Source of the DNA: Oligoflexales bacterium
GTDB taxonomy: Bacteria > Bdellovibrionota_B > Oligoflexia > Oligoflexales > CAIYRB01
NCBI GenBank assembly: GCA_041736175.1
Contig: JBGSUI010000243.1
Span: 1-34,337, forward strand
Length of the DNA stretch: 34,337 bases
Reading direction: 5' to 3'
Shown here: positions 18,807-28,059 of the stretch, in pieces
Position numbering within the stretch: position 1 is the first letter of the stretch
How the letters are laid out: each line of letters starts with the position of its first letter
The notes under the pieces: generated by a model
Databases searched by the model: none
Told to the model about the DNA's origin: nothing
Seen by the model: only the letters and a program-made list of their open reading frames with translations
Program-made: the position numbers and the translations under genes

Positions 18807-19284
18807 CTCGATTCATACCGGCGCGTCGATTGGTCGCATGGCAGCCGAGTTGGACCAATTGAGTACTTTTAGGGTCGATAACGAAATCTATGGCATCGAT
18901 GTGACGAGAGTTCAAGAAGTCGTAAGATCTATGCCAATGACTCCGGTTCCTCTTGCTCCCCCCTATGTGCGAGGACTCATAAATCTACGTGGCCAGGTAA
19001 CAACTGCTATAGGTTTACGAGAGCTATTTGATATAAAAACCAAAGCACCCGACCAATTTATCAACGTTGTGTGCCGTCTTGACGGTATCCTAATTTCATT
19101 GCAAGTCGATGAAATTGGCGATGTTATTGAGATTCCAAAGTCCGAATTTGAGACTACCCCACAGACTGTCCCCCATAATGTTCGTAAATTTATGGAAGGG
19201 GTCTATAAACTGCCGACGACTCTTTTAAGTATTATTAATATTGACAAGATATCTGAATTCTTAAACAAACAAAACAACGAATAG
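18790..19284 (+). CDS. cheW: Chemotaxis coupling protein CheW
   Basis: YGIDVTRVQEV, TPVPLAPPYVRGLINLRGQV. Start 18790 (alternative 18838) overlaps the end of cheA2. Confidence 0.95.
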   Translation: MQQTNSSIHTGASIGRMAAELDQLSTFRVDNEIYGIDVTRVQEVVRSMPMTPVPLAPPYVRGLINLRGQVTTAIGLRELFDIKTKAPDQFINVVCRLDGILISLQVDEIGDVIEIPKSEFETTPQTVPHNVRKFMEGVYKLPTTLLSIINIDKISEFLNKQNNE

Positions 19285-19292
19285 AATCCACA

Positions 19293-20375
19293 ATGAATGT
19301 ACTGATCGTAGACGATTCCGTAGTCTTTAGGTCCCAGATCAAAGCGGCTCTAGAGCGTCACTCTGAAATCAAATCGATCACATCGGCAGCGAATGGCCAA
19401 ATCGCGCTTGCAAGGCTCGAGCAATCCCAGGTGGATGTGGTCATCCTTGATCTTGAGATGCCTGAGTTAGATGGACTCGCGACTATTAAACTGATGCGAG
19501 AAAGGGGATTTCAGCAAAAGGTCATCGTCTTTGCGGCAGCTTCCCAAACGGGGGCCACAAAGACGCTTGAAGCGCTTAAGGCTGGCGCCGCTGATTTTGT
19601 GACCAAGCCCCAGGGAGCCCGTTCCTTGGAAGAGTCGCTGAGCAACGTTCAGCAAGAGTTGGTTCCAAAAATCCTACAGTTTGGTCCTAGCCTAGAGCGT
19701 TTAATTACCCATGACAAGCCTGTCATTCACAAAGTAAACCACCCCCCCCCTAAAATGAGCGGCCAAAAATTTAAAAAAATCCCATTGTCCCTTTTCAAAC
19801 CGAGTGCTTTTGCTATAGGGTGTTCAACAGGGGGGCCTGGGGTCTTAGAAAAGATCTTTCCATCGCTCAAAGGGCTTAACCTACGTGTCCCAATCTTTAT
19901 CGCTCAGCATATGCCTCCGGTCTTCACAGCAAATCTTGCAAAAAGAATTAGCGATATTAGTGGACATCCAGCCAGCGAAGGAAAAAACGGTGAAGTGGTG
20001 ACCCCTGGTCGAATTTATGTGGCTCCAGGAGATTATCATATGACGCTATCTAAATCAGCTCACCAAGCGGATGTGACCATTCATCTGGACCAATCTCCTA
20101 AGCGTAACTCTGTACGCCCAGCAGTCGACAACCTGTTCGAATCCTGTGCAACTATCTATCAGAGTTTGATGGGATCGATGGTGTTAACAGGGATGGGAGA
20201 AGATGGCCTGGCGGGCGCTATTAAAATCAAAGCTCTTGCAGGAGGAGTTCTTATCCAAAACGAACAGTCTTCCGTTGTGTGGGGAATGCCAGGCGCGATA
20301 TATCATGCTGGTGTCTTTGATGATATTGGTTCGATCGAAGAGTGTACCAATCTTTTTGTTAACATGGTAACTTAA
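19293..20375 (+). CDS. cheB: Chemotaxis response regulator methylesterase CheB
   Basis: REC: IVDDS, LDLEMP. Catalytic GCSTGG, QHMP and TGMGEDG are all intact. Confidence 0.96.
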   Translation: MNVLIVDDSVVFRSQIKAALERHSEIKSITSAANGQIALARLEQSQVDVVILDLEMPELDGLATIKLMRERGFQQKVIVFAAASQTGATKTLEALKAGAADFVTKPQGARSLEESLSNVQQELVPKILQFGPSLERLITHDKPVIHKVNHPPPKMSGQKFKKIPLSLFKPSAFAIGCSTGGPGVLEKIFPSLKGLNLRVPIFIAQHMPPVFTANLAKRISDISGHPASEGKNGEVVTPGRIYVAPGDYHMTLSKSAHQADVTIHLDQSPKRNSVRPAVDNLFESCATIYQSLMGSMVLTGMGEDGLAGAIKIKALAGGVLIQNEQSSVVWGMPGAIYHAGVFDDIGSIEECTNLFVNMVT

Positions 20376-20384
20376 GGTTTATTT

Positions 20385-21185
20385 ATGCCAAAGTTATTCG
20401 GAGAATTTCTGATTGATCAACAGCTCGTGACTGAGGAGCAACTAACCTGTGCGTTAGTCCATCAAATCAAACTGATGCCATCTACTGTAGAAGTTATCTT
20501 TCAACATAAACTTTTGCCAAACCACAAAATCATTGAGATTCTTAAATGCCAACAAACGACAGGACGGGATTTCAGGTCATCGGCAAAATTTCTGGGTTTC
20601 TGGTCCAATGATCTGGAAACAACGGTTCAAACCTTGCTTGAAAAGGCGCGAACTCCTTTAGGTGAGGTCCTTGTAAGTCTAGGATTCGTAACACCTTTGA
20701 CCCTTACTCAATCCCTCGACCAGTATATTGTAAATTCTTCTGCTATCGATTCAGATATATACAATTCCCTGATCTCCCAGTTTATCAAGGAGATTCGCGA
20801 AGTCTTAGAGCCCCAAATAAACGGCGTCCTGACCAGCTTAGGGCAAACATCAACCTCTGATTTACAAATGGCCATAGGAAGGATCAACGAGTCCATAAAA
20901 CGGATTTCAGTGGTTTCAAGTCCCATCAGAACGGGCTCTATCCAACTCCTTGTCCGCGAGTTGAATCAAACTTTTGCCAGCCTAGCTCCACAAATTGAGA
21001 AGATTGACCCAACCAATTTAACTGTTTTTTTTAAATCATGTTTAAAGGTTCTAAGTCAAATCAATCCAGACATATTAAGCCAGGATCAGGATTTTTCAGT
21101 TCCCATTCATTTCAACGAATCATTAGCGGAATTCAATTTTCAAAATCAGGGGATTTTATCCGGCATCAACCGCACAGTCGCCTAA
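20385..21185 (+). CDS. Protein with four MshEN-like repeats and a C-terminal HPt-like domain lacking the phosphoacceptor His
   Basis: 29-aa periodic repeats (LFGEFLIDQQLVTEEQLTCALVHQ ... PLGEVLVSLGFVTPLTLTQSLDQY). aa ~128-226 align by eye with the CheA2 HPt, with K172 at the His position. Gaps of 9 nt and 3 nt to cheB and cheR. Confidence 0.6.
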   Translation: MPKLFGEFLIDQQLVTEEQLTCALVHQIKLMPSTVEVIFQHKLLPNHKIIEILKCQQTTGRDFRSSAKFLGFWSNDLETTVQTLLEKARTPLGEVLVSLGFVTPLTLTQSLDQYIVNSSAIDSDIYNSLISQFIKEIREVLEPQINGVLTSLGQTSTSDLQMAIGRINESIKRISVVSSPIRTGSIQLLVRELNQTFASLAPQIEKIDPTNLTVFFKSCLKVLSQINPDILSQDQDFSVPIHFNESLAEFNFQNQGILSGINRTVA

Positions 21186-21188
21186 AGG

Positions 21189-22058
21189 ATGTTTATGACA
21201 GATCAAAACACCGCCCTAAAATTCTTTGCTAGCCTTATCGAAAAAGACACTGGTATCCACTATACAGAAAGCAACTTTCACCCCCTTGAAAATCGTCTAC
21301 GAGATCTTATTAAATTGCTGGAAATTCCGACAATCGAAGATTTTTTTAAGAAAGCACAGACTCAGGGTCTCACGCCCCAGCAGAAATCCCTGCTGCTGGA
21401 CTTAGCAACCAATAATGAAACCTCTTTTTTTAGGGATTCTGATATCTTCGATTTCTTTAAAAACGAATTCATTCGCAAAACACATGCCTCAACTCCAACG
21501 ATACGCATTTGGAGCGCTGCTTGTAGCACGGGCCAAGAGCCCTATACATTAGCTATCAACCTCCAAGAACTTGCCCATGAAGGTTTTCCAAAAAAATATG
21601 AGATTCTGGCCACCGATTTTAGTGAACGGGTCTTAAGCCAAGCAAAATCTGGATTGTACTCTCAACTGGAAGTACAAAGAGGACTCCCTCCATCCCTCTT
21701 GGCTAAATATTTTACCGAAGTCAAACAAGAGGGTACTCCCTTGAGTCAGTTTCAAGTTAAACCTGATATTTCAAGACATATAAGGTTTAAACAGCTTAAC
21801 CTCCTTGAGACCAAGTTTGATTTCGGTCCCTTTGAGCTTATTTTTTGCCGCAATGTTTTGATTTACCAAAATATAGAAAATAAAAAAAAGATTATTGCCG
21901 CGCTCGCAAGATGCCTAGCCCCCCAGGGCTACCTAGTCCTTGGAGGTGCCGAGAGTCTTATAGGACTCTCGGACCAATTCGAGCTGAAACAATTTGGCAA
22001 GGGCTATGTCTACCAGTTGAAAGCCCTGGAAAGCTCGGCGGTTCCTAAGGTATCGTGA
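21189..22058 (+). CDS. cheR: Chemotaxis methyltransferase CheR
   Basis: [22 protein letters not shown] and IFCRNVLIY motifs; no TPR extension. Confidence 0.96.
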   Translation: MFMTDQNTALKFFASLIEKDTGIHYTESNFHPLENRLRDLIKLLEIPTIEDFFKKAQTQGLTPQQKSLLLDLATNNETSFFRDSDIFDFFKNEFIRKTHASTPTIRIWSAACSTGQEPYTLAINLQELAHEGFPKKYEILATDFSERVLSQAKSGLYSQLEVQRGLPPSLLAKYFTEVKQEGTPLSQFQVKPDISRHIRFKQLNLLETKFDFGPFELIFCRNVLIYQNIENKKKIIAALARCLAPQGYLVLGGAESLIGLSDQFELKQFGKGYVYQLKALESSAVPKVS

Positions 22059-22171
22059 GTTTCCCATCCTCCTCGACTTAACTCTAACCCACTAAATCTA
22101 AAGATAAAAACGTGACCATCAAAGAGTCCTTAGGAAAACCTTCCAACTGCAAGTTTTTTTTAAGGTTTTGG

Positions 22172-22206
22172 TTGACTCTGATGGGGACGATTCTTTAAAA
22201 AATCGT
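22172..22206 (+). promoter_or_regulatory. Sigma70-like promoter overlapped by a 20-bp palindromic operator
   Basis: TTGACT at 22172-22177; weak -10 TAAAAA at 22196-22201; palindrome ACGATTCTTT|AAAAAATCGT at 22187-22206 (1 mismatch). Confidence 0.5.
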
Positions 22207-22277
22207 TAAGATAATCCCCCAGGCCGCAAGGTCTTTCGCAAGTAGCTGTACCTTTTTGGAGGCTTTGAGAGTTTTAT

Positions 22278-23996
22278 ATGGAACAACCGAAACATCTATT
22301 CGACCTACTGACTCGTAACGCACAACAGAATCCAACCTCCGTCGCGTTTCGATTTTTCGATACCCAAACCCAAACCTGGTCCCAGATGACCTGGGAACAG
22401 TACCGGGACCAGGTGCTTAAAGTCGCCGATCACCTCCAAGTCCGCGGCGTCAAAAAGGGGCAGGCGGTCGCTATATTGAGTTCAAATCGCCCCGAGTGGA
22501 TTATCAGCGACTTAGCCATCCAAGCCATTGGAGCCATCTCGATCCCTATCTTTGCGACTTCAACCAAGCAGGATATTACCTACATTCTAAAACACAGTCG
22601 GTCGATCGCCATTTTTGTCGACCACTTAGATAGGCTGGCTGAAAATAGCGAAGTCTTTCCGGAGATTGTCATCTGTTTTGACCGAGGAGACCTAAAGGAA
22701 ATCATCAAAAGTCCGCTAACTCCGACCTTAAAGGTTACGCCTTTAGCACCAGAGGACCTCGCAACGATTGTTTATACCTCGGGCACCACTGGAATTCCCA
22801 AAGGTGTCATGCATACCCATGGAAACCTGATGAGTGCTGCAAAGGTGATCAAGATCGCCGTAAACGAAGGAAAGACAGGACCGGATATCTTTTTTTCCTT
22901 TCTTCCTCTTTCCCATGTGGCGGAGCGGGCACTGGTCGAGGTCGGATCTCTGATCACGGCTTCCGAAGTGGTCTTTGCGCGAAAAGTAGAGACCTTTGTG
23001 GAAGACCTGGTGATGTTCCGACCCACGATTCTACTGTGTGTTCCTCGGCTATGGGAAAAGATTCATGAACGCATTCAAACAGGATTAAGCACGTCCTCAG
23101 GGCTCAAACGAACTGTTTTCTCCTTTGCCCAGAGACTAGGAACAGCTCGGTTTTTAGGAAACTCCATTTTAAAGACTAGGGACACTAAACTAGCCGCCTT
23201 TATGGCAGACCGACTGGTAGGCAACTCTCTTAAAAAGCGCTTAGGCATCGATAGGGTAAGACTATTCCTGACCGGTTCAGCTCCAACACGGATGGAACTT
23301 ATTAAGTTTTTTGGTAGCTTTGGGATCTTTATCCGCGAAGTCTATGGTCTTACGGAAAATCTCTGCCTCGGCACCTATTCCACATATCATGAAATCCGTC
23401 TAGGAAGCTGTGGCAAAGCATTTCCTGACAACGTCATCAAGGTCAATCAAGACGGCGAAGTCCTATTTAAGGCACCCTGGAATTTTAAGGGATACTACGA
23501 ACAGCCGACGGCAACCGCTGAGACACTCGATGGGGAGGGATGGCTGTTAACGGGAGATCTTGGCTATGTGGATCCTGATGGGTACCTGTTTATAACCGGT
23601 CGCAAAAAAGAGCTACTTAAAACGTCGAATGGAAAATATATCGCCCCGGTACCGATTGAAGATGAGCTTAAGTCTCAAGGTATTATCGAAGATGCCATCG
23701 TGATTGGCGAAGGCCGAAAATACTGTATTGCCCTGGTTATTCTTAATCCAAACAGTTTGACCGATGGTAACAACAGCACCCTCCAGACAAAGATCGAAGA
23801 CTTTGTGGAACAGATCAACAACAAAAAAGCTCGGCACGAACAGATCAAGAGAATCGGCGTCCTAAAAAAGCCCTTTACCATCGAAGATGGACTGCTGACA
23901 CCTAGTCTTAAGCTTAAGCGCAAGGTTATCTTAGACCGCTATACTCATTTTGTGGATCAAGTCTATGGATCTAATCACACCACTCTTTGGGAATAA
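22278..23996 (+). CDS. fadD: Long-chain fatty acid--CoA ligase (AMP-dependent synthetase)
   Basis: YTSGTTGIPKG, FLPLSHVAER, VYGLTE, TGDLG, GRKKELLKTSNGK and LTPSLKLKR motifs. Confidence 0.92.
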   Translation: MEQPKHLFDLLTRNAQQNPTSVAFRFFDTQTQTWSQMTWEQYRDQVLKVADHLQVRGVKKGQAVAILSSNRPEWIISDLAIQAIGAISIPIFATSTKQDITYILKHSRSIAIFVDHLDRLAENSEVFPEIVICFDRGDLKEIIKSPLTPTLKVTPLAPEDLATIVYTSGTTGIPKGVMHTHGNLMSAAKVIKIAVNEGKTGPDIFFSFLPLSHVAERALVEVGSLITASEVVFARKVETFVEDLVMFRPTILLCVPRLWEKIHERIQTGLSTSSGLKRTVFSFAQRLGTARFLGNSILKTRDTKLAAFMADRLVGNSLKKRLGIDRVRLFLTGSAPTRMELIKFFGSFGIFIREVYGLTENLCLGTYSTYHEIRLGSCGKAFPDNVIKVNQDGEVLFKAPWNFKGYYEQPTATAETLDGEGWLLTGDLGYVDPDGYLFITGRKKELLKTSNGKYIAPVPIEDELKSQGIIEDAIVIGEGRKYCIALVILNPNSLTDGNNSTLQTKIEDFVEQINNKKARHEQIKRIGVLKKPFTIEDGLLTPSLKLKRKVILDRYTHFVDQVYGSNHTTLWE

Positions 23997-24001
23997 GGGT
24001 C

Positions 24002-25429
24002 TTAAAGCTGGCAACGGGTTGTCTCAAAATCGGAGATCAAAGCGCCCATGGTTTTTTGGGCCCATTGGTTGATATCACGAATCGTCTTTTTGTTTGGCAT
24101 CACCGGGCTATCCACCTGGTCTTTTTCTTCGCGAACAATATTGAGGACATTGACCGCAGCGTCAAAGTCCATTTCAAATTCCAATTGGCCTTGGGACTCC
24201 TTTCGATATAGCCCTAGCCTAAGTGATGCTGGTTGGCCACCGTGGCCTTTCTTTAGCCTGCCTATTTCTCGATCAATGATTTCTTTGACAAGATCATGGA
24301 TCATTTTGCCTAGGCCTCCTGTCATCCCAAGACCCCGATAATTTCCGGCGATTTCCACCTGGTTCACCCCATCAAACCAGCCATCAAAGGCAAATTTTTC
24401 TGCATTGTTTTGCAGGATACCTTTATATTTGAGCCCTTTGATTCGGACCTCAAGACCGCGAAACTTTACCAAGACGTCGTGTCCAATCGTAATGGGTGTA
24501 GACTTTGCATCTTTAAAAATATTCTGGTCATCCCGTGGAACTTTTAGAGTCACCGAGGAGAGCCTTGTTTCGATGCGGTACGACAAAAGGGGCAAACCCT
24601 GGTCGGTTTCAACCGCCATATCAACCCGGGCGAGGTCACCTAGCTTAAGTAGAAAAGTCGCCCAATCAATCTGAGAGCTCATCATAGCTTGAGTGAGCCA
24701 ATCAAACCTAAGCTCCGTAAAGGGTTGTGCTTGGCTGGTGATCGCCACAAGACCAAACCCATTTTGATTGATGTTATGGTAGGTTGGAAAAGCCTTAGAC
24801 CAACCTCTATAACCTTTGTGCATCAGATTAGTCTGCTGCACCCAAAAATCCCTAAAGGATCCGGGAGTCACACCTCCCAAGTGAACGGCGAACTTTATTT
24901 TATTTTCAAAACCTCCCTCATCTAGGGGTGTCACTTTGATTTCAAGATTCTGATCCAAAAACCGTGCGGGCTTTTTGTGGCAAGCGGAGGCTTTATTGGC
25001 ATCGAGATGATATTGATTGTTCTGAGAAAAAGCGCCTGCTATGCAGAGATGCTCTCCCTCACCGCGCAAGGCGCCTAAAAGCCCTGGATCCCGCATGATA
25101 AGGTCTTGGTATTGACTGGTTCGAGCGGCGCCATCGACCACAAGCTGGGCTATTGCTTGAAGATAGCTTTTAGGTGTTTCGGGAGCGACCAATGTTAACC
25201 ACGGTTTCCAAAAATCACAGCGAGGCTCATAGGGCTCTGAATCAGTCAGATTGTTAGGACCAGGGCTCTTTGCCGCACCAACATCTAGGGAAACCCCGCC
25301 TTGAGGATCTTGGGTCTGGGCCTCGGGATCCTGCCGCACCGACCACCACAACGTTGCCCCGCCTGCTAGGATCAAGACCAAGAAAAGAACAAGGACACTA
25401 GAAAATCCCGCTAGAAATTTTAGCTTCAT
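24002..25429 (-). CDS. Membrane-anchored hypothetical protein
   Basis: N-terminal TM helix (aa ~5-30) followed by a large beta-rich soluble domain; 10 nt downstream of the cNMP gene. Confidence 0.75.
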   Translation of the reverse strand: MKLKFLAGFSSVLVLFLVLILAGGATLWWSVRQDPEAQTQDPQGGVSLDVGAAKSPGPNNLTDSEPYEPRCDFWKPWLTLVAPETPKSYLQAIAQLVVDGAARTSQYQDLIMRDPGLLGALRGEGEHLCIAGAFSQNNQYHLDANKASACHKKPARFLDQNLEIKVTPLDEGGFENKIKFAVHLGGVTPGSFRDFWVQQTNLMHKGYRGWSKAFPTYHNINQNGFGLVAITSQAQPFTELRFDWLTQAMMSSQIDWATFLLKLGDLARVDMAVETDQGLPLLSYRIETRLSSVTLKVPRDDQNIFKDAKSTPITIGHDVLVKFRGLEVRIKGLKYKGILQNNAEKFAFDGWFDGVNQVEIAGNYRGLGMTGGLGKMIHDLVKEIIDREIGRLKKGHGGQPASLRLGLYRKESQGQLEFEMDFDAAVNVLNIVREEKDQVDSPVMPNKKTIRDINQWAQKTMGALISDFETTRCQL

Positions 25430-25439
25430 GGCAAAGGTC

Positions 25440-26252
25440 CTAGGCGACGGCTTGGTTGATTGCGGTCCCAGTAGAGGCCAAGGGTTGGATGGCTTTTAAT
25501 AGACAGAGGCGTCCGCTGGTGACGACCATTAATTCTTCTTGGGGTTGGACCAAAAACAGTGCTGGTGGACTTAGAGTCGCCCCTTTATGGACGATCGTCC
25601 CTGCGACCAGAGCTGCATATCCCAGCTCATCAATCGTGATTTTTTCTCCGGCATGAATAAACCGACTTTGGCGATTTTGAATCCATAGTTTTCGCTTGTC
25701 GAGGGTTAAAGACCGGGTTTTTTCGTGGTCCGCAAGCATAAGATTGATGCTATGAACTTCGCAAGCCTGCCATACAGCGCGGCTGATCTCAGGTTGGGTT
25801 GCAAGAAATTCTTCAAAATCATCCCGATCGATCTGGAGCAGAATGCACGATGTCGTACTCTTAACCGATGCCACCCGTCGCCCCCCTGTTAAGAGAGCCA
25901 TCTCCCCCACAACCTCACCTGGCCCCATCGCCTGAATCAGGGTTTCATCCACCGCACCTTTTTTGAGAATATGCAAATTTCCAGACACCAGGATATACAT
26001 GGCTTCGCCAAAGCGAAACTCTCTGATCACATAAGCGTCTTGTGGGACCCGCAGCTCCCGGACCAAGGTCGCTATTTTTTCTAGTTGGACATCCTCAAGA
26101 GCTGCTAAAAAGGGGACCCTTCGGAGCAGCTTTATCTGCGAAGCAAGAGATCTTTTAGGACCGTTGGATCTTGTTAGAAAAAAGCCAAGTCCAACTGCAT
26201 ATAATCCAATGGCAAGGACCAGCAGAGTGGTCTGGTCAATCAGAGGGATCAT
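25440..26252 (-). CDS. Membrane-anchored cyclic nucleotide-binding protein (TM-cNMP-degenerate cNMP)
   Basis: One TM helix; LRRVPFLAAL...GEAMYILVSG...GPGEVVGEMALLTGGRRVASV with intact binding cassette; second degenerate beta-roll. AGGAG RBS before ATG 26252. Confidence 0.85.
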   Translation of the reverse strand: MIPLIDQTTLLVLAIGLYAVGLGFFLTRSNGPKRSLASQIKLLRRVPFLAALEDVQLEKIATLVRELRVPQDAYVIREFRFGEAMYILVSGNLHILKKGAVDETLIQAMGPGEVVGEMALLTGGRRVASVKSTTSCILLQIDRDDFEEFLATQPEISRAVWQACEVHSINLMLADHEKTRSLTLDKRKLWIQNRQSRFIHAGEKITIDELGYAALVAGTIVHKGATLSPPALFLVQPQEELMVVTSGRLCLLKAIQPLASTGTAINQAVA

Positions 26253-26293
26253 GCCTGTGCTCCTACGAAAATAGTTAGACAACAATCACATCA

Positions 26294-27028
26294 TTATAAC
26301 ATGAGATCGAGACCTAAATTAATCGTTGTTTCACCTAAAAGGAGCGCTTCGGCTTTAAAACCGATTTTACCAAGAGGCAACTTAAGTCCTAGCCTCAGGT
26401 CGAACAGGTCATCGCGCTCAAACTTGCTTTTACCGGTCCCTCCGGGGGACTTAACTTTGCTTTCACCATCACTCATAATCGCCAGATCAAGGCCCACGTA
26501 AGGTTGCACCTTAGGCGAGCTTACCATCGCCAGAGTGGTCCCTAAATGCAGCTCTTTAATGTCGTATTCATAGGTGACACTACCATCTGTGATCTTTTCG
26601 GAAGAGAGGAGAAATGCTCCATTGACGTGAACCCCCATGGATCCGGCGCGATGAACCAGCGATTTAACCCCAAAAAGGAGCTGGTAGCCATCACCGTCTT
26701 CGTTGATATTTTCCACTTCAGAGTCAAGGATCAAACCGAAACCAAGATCGGCATCAACCTCAGCACCTAGGGGCAAAATGACCCCGACACCGAGGACCTT
26801 GCGGTCGATCTCAAAATCATTCCCGAGTTTTGGTTCGTAGGGGATTGAAGATAGGGTGAGGGTGGGGCTCACTACAGTATTTGCCTTAGGAGTCGCTAGG
26901 GGATCCTGGGGCATCAAGGCAAACACAGTCGATTGCTGCGTCTGAAGAAACAAGCAAAGTAGCCCTCCTCCTACCAACTTCCTACCTAGCACCCGGCCTA
27001 AATTCGAAAACTTCGTCCGCATTTCCAT
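26294..27028 (-). CDS. Outer-membrane beta-barrel protein
   Basis: Signal peptide ending TVFA; alternating amphipathic strands (VQPYVGLDL, FDLRLGLKL, INLGLDLML). Confidence 0.7.
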   Translation of the reverse strand: MEMRTKFSNLGRVLGRKLVGGGLLCLFLQTQQSTVFALMPQDPLATPKANTVVSPTLTLSSIPYEPKLGNDFEIDRKVLGVGVILPLGAEVDADLGFGLILDSEVENINEDGDGYQLLFGVKSLVHRAGSMGVHVNGAFLLSSEKITDGSVTYEYDIKELHLGTTLAMVSSPKVQPYVGLDLAIMSDGESKVKSPGGTGKSKFERDDLFDLRLGLKLPLGKIGFKAEALLLGETTINLGLDLML

Positions 27029-27098
27029 CGTTATTTCCTTTCCTCAAGCGCTTGATGATCATCCTAGAACTTTTGAGTATCACAGAGGTCTAAGCGAA

Positions 27099-27857
27099 TC
27101 AAAGCTCTTGGCTTAAGACTTGGTAGATTCGATCCTCCTCCAAACAATAGGCCGACAGGGCTCCTCCCCAAACACACCCGGTATCCAATCCAATCACACT
27201 TTCATTTTGGATCAGCCCCAAGGCCGACCAATGACCAAAAAGGATTCTCTGGGACAGGGGCTTTCGATCGGGGTGCTGAAACCAAGGGTAGACCCCCATG
27301 GGCAACTCCTGGGGCGGCCCCTTAAAGGACTGGAGATCTCCCTGTCGATCGACGGCCCGCATGGTGATCATCGTTACCAGAGGACTGGGAGACCGGTTTT
27401 TAGCAAGATAAAGCCTCCGACCCTCAACCGTCGCAAACAAGCCATTAAGGTCTCTTTGGTGTTGAAGGACCATTTGCTCCGTCCAAAAAGGGTGAATCCC
27501 CCCGTGAACCATCACCCACCGTTCATCCATAATCAAAAAAGGCTGCTGGGCTAGCCAATCTATTAAGATATGTCGATCTTCGGCCATAAGCAGCTCATCA
27601 AGAGTATCTCCTGCTTTAGGGGGTGATTCCTGGTAAAAACGCCGTAACAAGTGCACATCGTGGTTGCCTAAGACGGTTTTGACCCGACTCCTCTCTTGGT
27701 ATAACAGTCGCAACACATCGAGAGACCGGGGACCTCGGTTGACCAGATCACCTACAAACCACAACCGATCATCCCTCGCTGCTCCAATCTTGTTTAAAAG
27801 CTCCATAAGACTATCGTAACAACCCTGTAAGTCACCAAAAACATAGTTTTTTGCCAT
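27099..27857 (-). CDS. apaH: Symmetrical bis(5'-nucleosyl)-tetraphosphatase
   Basis: GDLQGC, GDLVNRGP, LGNHD, VHGGI, FGHWSALG and LDTGCVWGG motifs; AGGAGG RBS before ATG 27857. Confidence 0.93.
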   Translation of the reverse strand: MAKNYVFGDLQGCYDSLMELLNKIGAARDDRLWFVGDLVNRGPRSLDVLRLLYQERSRVKTVLGNHDVHLLRRFYQESPPKAGDTLDELLMAEDRHILIDWLAQQPFLIMDERWVMVHGGIHPFWTEQMVLQHQRDLNGLFATVEGRRLYLAKNRSPSPLVTMITMRAVDRQGDLQSFKGPPQELPMGVYPWFQHPDRKPLSQRILFGHWSALGLIQNESVIGLDTGCVWGGALSAYCLEEDRIYQVLSQEL

Positions 27858-28059
27858 GGAACCAAACCTCCTAACCAGCCGTAAACTAAACACTTTTTTC
27901 TATTGTAATTTTTTTGTAACGAAAAGATAACCAAATAATAAATTGTTTAAAGAAGATATTACAGATATATGACATGCTTTTATCCCCAAAATACCGAAGA
28001 ATAACCAGATATGCGATGTCGTGATCGCCTTTTCGAGCACTTTTGACCAAGGAGACCCC

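Noticed and set aside
22100..22270. c-di-GMP-I riboswitch or 6S RNA
   Set aside because: It lacks the GEMM GCAAAC/GAAA/GACGCAAAGC elements, and the hairpin is only ~70 nt, too short for 6S.
25440..26252. TM-cNMP protein as a Pycsar/CBASS effector
   Set aside because: There is no cyclase or CD-NTase nearby, the protein has only one TM helix, and the context is not a defence island.
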